Shown piece by piece: positions 59,401 through 64,000 of a stretch of DNA of 64,000 bases. The stretch is from assembly GCA_905178155.1 (NCBI GenBank), contig CAJINV010000016.1:620001-684000 (forward strand). Direction: 5' to 3'. Within the stretch, counting starts at the first letter, position 1. The number at the start of each line of letters is the position of its first letter. Position numbers and translations under genes: made by a program. The stretch is from Amoebophrya sp. A120 (lineage: Eukaryota > Protista > Dinoflagellata). The notes beneath the pieces were generated by a model. It saw only the letters and a program-made list of their open reading frames with translations. It was not told the DNA's origin and did no database searches.

Positions 59401-62400
59401 GGGATTTTTCATCACAATAGGCGGCCTGTGCGCTGCTGGGCGATCCACTGAATAAGGTAAGCACGATATCCCACAAAAAAACTGTTTCACTGTGATGATC
59501 TTGCAAGATCTGCGTCACAAGTTTGTTACACATGACACAGAAAATTTGCCATGCTCGCTTCCAAAGGGAAAACACCGCTAAAGAGTCGAGGTCTTGCAGG
59601 TGTGGCGAGACAAATAGCTCTGTGTTTCATTCTATGCATCACAAGTTTACAGTGAAACAGTTTTTTCTTGCGATACACGACTTACCGCGTCACCCGGGTG
59701 GAGTTCGTGAACACCGTATCAAATGTAAAAGTGTTTGGGTCTGGAAGATTGCAACTTGTCATGCTAAATCTGCAGCATGCAAAAATCTGTGTTGCGTGAT
59801 TACCAAAAGTCGTCCAGTTTTGACCAATATGGGAGGTAGTTTCTCATGCAGGATAGGCATTAGAAAGGTCTCGCAGAATCTGTCATGCTAGGTCCTGCAT
59901 TCCAGACCTCATGGGTCATGGAAAAGCAGCATGACAAATCGCGCATTCTTCCAGACCCAGACATTTTTGCAATCCATACACCGTGAGTGGCAACAATCTG
60001 CTGGTCCAGACCCGCCACACGGGCTTCTATGGATTGTAAAAATGTCTGGGTCTGGGAGGTTGGAACTTGTAATGCTAGCTTTCCATACCTAGAAAATCTG
60101 TATTGCATGACCAACAAAAGTCGCAGCCTCTTTTGTCATGCAAAAACGCAGCTTCTCATGCGGATTGCCTATGAGAAAGCGTTTTGGGAAGTTGTCATGC
60201 CGGACTGCATTCGGAAGTGTTTTCATCATGCACATTTTAGCATCACAAGTTTCCAGACCCAGACATTTTTACATTTGATAGCTTCGACCAGGTGTCGACG
60301 GCGCACGGAAAAATGATCTACGACCAAGTCTCTACCGTTTCCGCTCGCATCTACGGTTCCCTAGGCGTGGTCCGGGAGAAGAAGCGCCCGGTCAAGATCA
60401 CGGTTTCGCTCCGCGCCTTCTCCGGTACTGCAAGCTCGCGCGGGGCTGCGTCGACCCTGACATCCCCGGGCGCGGTGTCGTTTTCCGGGAACGCGGAAAG
60501 CGCGCGACTGCGGCAGTCGGCACTGCTGTTCACGGATCAGAAAATATCCGGCGACGCCGCCCTCGACCTGAATCTGGACGACGCGGACCTCGCGGTTCTG
60601 GTGCCCATGATCTGCGGCACCTACGAGCTCGCCCCCGTGCTGCGGAACGGGTTCCCGTGGTACCGGAAGAGGCTTTCCAGCTTGAAAATCGCGGACGTGT
60701 TTTTTAACACGACAAAACGCACGTGGCATATGAACGCGTCAGGATTCAAATCGTCAAAGTTGAAATAGTTTCTCATGCATAAAATGCAACCCACAGAATG
60801 CCTGTCTTGCAGAGTAGGCAAGTGAAGCAGATTGTAAGCCTGTTGAGGGGTAGAAACTGCGCTGCTACGACAAAAGACGTCTTCCTTACCCAAACAGCAT
60901 GACAAACTGGATCTCGGTTCTACCCAAATTTGTCATGCGCCACTTCGAAACTGGGCCACAACTTTCATCACTTTTATGCATTACAACTTTGTGGATTTCA
61001 ATCCTGACACATCCATATGGCAGCTGTGGCTGAAGACGCCGATGAGGGACGGCGCAACGACGGATGCGGCGTGGTACGAAACCATGGACGGGGGGAGAGG
61101 AATGCCAGTTAGTTCTACCAGCACAGGAGGCGCGACGAGGACTACTTCTCCAGGAGAACCCATACAACCAGTGCCAGTGGCTAGTACAATTGGTGCCGCG
61201 TTGGAATCGAGTTCGAACTACGAGTATGCCGACGTCGAAGACCTGTCCAGCAGTGGGGGCAACGAGGTCCAGGACGTGCTGCTCACGGAGTCGGAGGTAC
61301 TTACCGGCGCGCACAGCCAGCCAACAACGCCCGATCAGGCACAGTGGGACGTTTTGCAGGTGAAACTTACCGCGGACACGCGGATCCTGGAGCGAGCGCT
61401 TATCGAGTGCCGCATGTACAACCTGCCCCTGGAACCTTGCCACGAGGATGTAGTGCGGAACGCCGCGGACAGCGGCAGCTTCTGCTTTCTTTTCCAGGCT
61501 CCCGTCGGTTTTTTTCTCGCCGTATTCATTGCAAATATGTCTGGGTCTGGAAGGATGCAACTTGTGGTGCTACCTTTGGACTCTACATGAAATCTGTATT
61601 GCATGAGCAGCAAAAAAGGCGCAATTTGTGCTACAGATCGAGGGCATTTCTCATGCGGTATGAGCATCAGAAAGCCCTCGCAGAATCTTTGATGCCAGGG
61701 CGTGCATGACAGACCTCTTGGGTCATGCAAAATCAGCATGACAAACTCCTGCATTCTTCCAGATCCAGACATATTTGCATTTGATACGCCGACGGGTATC
61801 GGCACCGCGTGGTCTGCCGGGTCCGCGACGCCGAGTCGATGGTGCTGGGCCGCCCCAACGAGGTGGTGGGCGCGGTGGTGGTGGCGCGCCCGAAATTCCG
61901 CGTCACACCGGATTTGGTGGAGATGGGCACCGAAGTGGACGGGACGATGGACAAGCTGTACCGGTTTCAAGGCAGTACGCCGGGGCTTACCGTCGTCTTC
62001 CACTTGCTCAGCGAAGAGCAGTGGGACACCAGGCGGTGGTATGCAAAGAAAAACGTGTTACACTTAGTACTACACAAGTTGTGTTGCACGACGAGGTCAC
62101 AACAAGCAAGACAGACCTCTGCATAATTGCAAGTTTTGGTTTTCGTCGTCGTAGTACAGGGAAAAAACACAGCACATAGAGAGTTCGTGGCTCGCCTGAT
62201 AGTTTCCCTGCACTACCTCCAAACTATCAAAGAAGCTCGTGCAACTGCTCGCGTTGTGTTTTTGAAAAAGGTACAACGATTTGTGTGTAAGTGTAACATT
62301 TGAAGCGCGTTTTTCTTAGGATAGTTCGCTGGTGGGGCTGCCGCTGAAGCCGCGGACCATCTACGCCGACCTGGGCGGAGAGCGTGCTCCAGGTAGAAAT

Positions 62401-64000
62401 GCAGCGGGCGGGAGTATTTTTGACAAAAATGGAGCCGCGTCCGAAAGGAGCGATAGTGCTGGCACGTCGAAAGATTCTGCGGCAGCTCGTGAGTCGTCCA
62501 CCAGGAAAACGACGTGGACGCTGGCGGGGAATTTAGGCGTATCCGCCGCGAATCAGTTCCGGGGTAGTCCGGGCACGACCTACGTCTTTTCCGCCGTGCC
62601 GCATTCGGGGGATTCCGTCGGGAACCCCGTTCGGTTCGTGTTGTCTGTGCCCTTTTCGAATTCCCTGATTCTTCGTTACTACGGCCTTTTGGTCATTATC
62701 GTGCATAGCCTGCTGACGCTGTTTCTCATGGCCGGGCCCGTCTACGCGTTTTCCAGGGGGGCGAGTTTGCGGGTCAGCTTCAACCGGCTGCGACGGGTGA
62801 TCGGCGCCAGTGGGCAAATTGCGTTGACGGCAGTGGCGGTTTTGGGCAAGGGCGCGCTTTATATCCCAAAAAAAAGAGCACGCAGGGCATATTTGTAAAG
62901 CAAAAACAAATACACAGAAGAATCCGCATTGCGCATTTTCAACAGCATCCTATGCTGGGCTCCCTCATGATAGATTTGTCTGTTAATTTTTTCTGTCATT
63001 ACACTGCCTGCCCTTTTTCGTGGGATACTGTACGGGTGGGTCCTGCACATCTGGGCGACCGAGCAGAAGTCTCCCTACATCTTCGTGTTTCTTGGAATAG
63101 ACGTGACTGCCGTTTTATGCAAAAAATAAAAATGCTTGCAAAACAGTATCGACGCGGTAGTAAAGAAATTTTTGCATTTTACAAAAGTAAATTTTGTCAC
63201 ACGATGAAAAAATAGAATTTGTGATGCTGACTGAAAAACACCCAAGACAAGAGGTGGCAATTATGTACGGGAGATTTATTGTGATATGCATAAATTTCAA
63301 TCAAGTACTACCACGTCGGTACTATCAGATACAACTTTTGCGCAGCATGCGTTTGTCTCTTCCTCGCGCGACGGGTGGTAGTTCAAATGGCGCCGTCTAT
63401 CAAACGTAAAAATGTCTGGGTCTGGAAAAGTACAGACTTGTCATGCATATTTTCCATGACCCATGAGGGGTGGAATGCGGGACCTAGCATCACAGACTCT
63501 GCGAGGTCTCTGTCATGCCTGTCTTGCGTGGGAAACTCCCTCCCAACTTGGTCGAAAGTAGACAGCTTTTGGCGCTCGTGCAACACAAATTTTTGCATGC
63601 TTCGAATTTAGCATGACAAGTCTACACTTTTCCAGACCCAGACATATTTGCAATGCATACCGTCCTTTTTCTCGCAATCTGCCGCGGAGTCTAAGGTTGA
63701 ATCGGAGATCCGCCGCATTGTTGCAGTGGGAGCGCAGCAGGAGATTATGGAATGCACATATGTCTGGGTCTGGGAGACTGCAAGATTTGTCATGCTAATC
63801 TGGCATGACTCTGAACTCTGTATTGCGTGGCCGCAAAGAGCTCCGCCGGCCTGTCATGCAAAGGCGCAGGTTCTCATGCTGAGTACGCAACTCAGAACCA
63901 CGGCAAAACTTGTCATGCTGTGCAGCGCATTGCAGTTTTTTCACTATTCCTTTCCTTGCATCACAAGTTTCCAGACCCAGACACATTTGCATTTGATAGA
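47432..64000 (+). CDS. Very large hypothetical membrane protein with 29 IR introns and one GT-AG intron (~55818-56026); continues beyond window; start uncertain (could be ~47000)
   Basis: One continuous frame is recovered across all 29 elements when element+5 nt is removed; hydrophobic segments near 47590 and 62670-63390. Confidence 0.8.
47884..48196. mobile_element. IR-intron, divergent family B
   Basis: Flanks cgccg/cgcgc; frame restored. Confidence 0.8.
48341..48648. mobile_element. IR-intron family E (TATGGA..GTCAGGATTGAAATC); right end ACA
   Basis: DR tcgga/tcgga. Confidence 0.88.
49154..49443. mobile_element. Degenerate IR intron
   Basis: TAT...ATA; flanks gagcc/tcccc; frame restored. 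Confidence 0.6.
49742..50029. mobile_element. IR-intron family B
   Basis: DR gccga/gccga. Confidence 0.92.
50413..50675. mobile_element. IR-intron family A
   Basis: DR gtctg/gtctg; close relative of 1748-2010. Confidence 0.92.
50724..50907. mobile_element. IR-intron family C-like
   Basis: Flanks aagcg/aggcc; frame restored. Confidence 0.7.
51308..51540. mobile_element. IR-intron family A
   Basis: DR tgacc/cgacc. Confidence 0.85.
51949..52255. mobile_element. IR-intron family E
   Basis: DR gcgca/gcgca. Confidence 0.88.
52310..52571. mobile_element. IR-intron family A
   Basis: DR tccag/tccag. Confidence 0.92.
53360..54925. repeat. GC-rich minisatellites (72-bp unit, then a unit built on the palindrome gccggcgcagctgcgccggc)
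   Basis: gcaagtcgg at 53496, 53568, 53640, 53712; hairpin ggaggcgccgg-ggc-ccggcgcctcc in each unit. Confidence 0.9.
54935..55325. repeat. 14-bp tandem repeat atgtatgatgt(aca/gcc); degenerate counterpart at 53055-53360
   Basis: Directly visible periodicity. Confidence 0.92.
56055..56356. mobile_element. IR-intron family B-like (left end TAC)
   Basis: DR gtgga/gtgga. Confidence 0.85.
56707..56994. mobile_element. IR-intron family A (diverged)
   Basis: DR gggcg/ggtcg. Confidence 0.82.
57093..57341. mobile_element. Degenerate IR intron (right end ATG)
   Basis: DR cgccg/cgccg. Confidence 0.7.
57431..57720. mobile_element. IR-intron family B (right end ACA)
   Basis: DR gcacg/gcgcg. Confidence 0.8.
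57765..57913. mobile_element. IR-intron family C
   Basis: DR gtttg/gtttg. Confidence 0.88.
57952..58213. mobile_element. IR-intron family A with decayed DR
   Basis: Intact TIRs; flanks gtacg/ctcgg. Confidence 0.88.
58290..58574. mobile_element. IR-intron family B
   Basis: DR aaacc/aaacc. Confidence 0.9.
58739..59017. mobile_element. IR-intron family B
   Basis: DR tgctg/tgctg. Confidence 0.92.
59108..59419. mobile_element. IR-intron family F
   Basis: Flanks ggtga/ggcgg. Confidence 0.85.
59467..59675. mobile_element. IR-intron family D-like
   Basis: DR cacga/cacga. Confidence 0.85.
59717..59978. mobile_element. IR-intron family A
   Basis: DR caccg/caccg. Confidence 0.92.
60028..60280. mobile_element. 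IR-intron family A
   Basis: DR gcttc/gcttc. Confidence 0.92.
60729..61017. mobile_element. IR-intron family E
   Basis: DR tggca/tggca. Confidence 0.88.
61523..61786. mobile_element. IR-intron family A
   Basis: DR cgccg/cgccg. Confidence 0.92.
62040..62323. mobile_element. IR-intron family D-like
   Basis: Flanks ggtgg/gttcg; frame restored. Confidence 0.75.
62862..63027. mobile_element. Short IR intron (tatcccaaaaaa / tttttcgtgggata)
   Basis: DR cttta/ctgta. Confidence 0.75.
63116..63349. mobile_element. Degenerate IR intron (right end ATG)
   Basis: DR cgttt/cgttt. Confidence 0.7.
63398..63659. mobile_element. IR-intron family A
   Basis: DR ccgtc/ccgtc. Confidence 0.92.
63746..63998. mobile_element. 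IR-intron family A
   Basis: TIRs intact; DR gagat / ga.. (truncated by the window edge). Confidence 0.88.

Noticed and set aside
1424-63998. Recurrent peptides [25 protein letters not shown] in many short ORFs as a protein family
   Set aside because: They are different-frame translations of the family A TIR, not genes.
1-64000. Autonomous transposase, reverse transcriptase, tRNA or rRNA genes
   Set aside because: No recognisable motifs found by eye; the mobilising enzyme is apparently not encoded in this window.

Overview
Eukaryotic (alveolate-like) genomic DNA. The architecture matches the intron-invaded genomes of the syndinian dinoflagellate Amoebophrya; this attribution is inferred from structure, not from a search. 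Genes form two co-oriented blocks: all minus-strand from <1 to ~32.7 kb and all plus-strand from ~35.9 kb to >64 kb. I can recognise a TTLL4/5-type tubulin glutamylase, a MOK/LF4-type kinase and a fucosyltransferase-like protein with a signal peptide and C-terminal KTEL. There are also two very large hypothetical genes and several smaller ones. The dominant feature is 57 short (~145-330 bp core) inverted-repeat elements from at least 7 unrelated families, all inside coding sequence. They share TAT...ATA termini and a 5-bp direct repeat. At every junction I translated, removing the element plus exactly 5 nt restores the reading frame, whichever way the element faces and nearly always without GT-AG. 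Three of them contain larger nested transposon-like elements (two Helentron-like, one foldback-like). A further 2.65-kb interruption flanked by ~60-bp exon duplications splits one giant gene. Coordinates were counted by eye and may be off by a few bases; splicing is inferred from frame restoration only.
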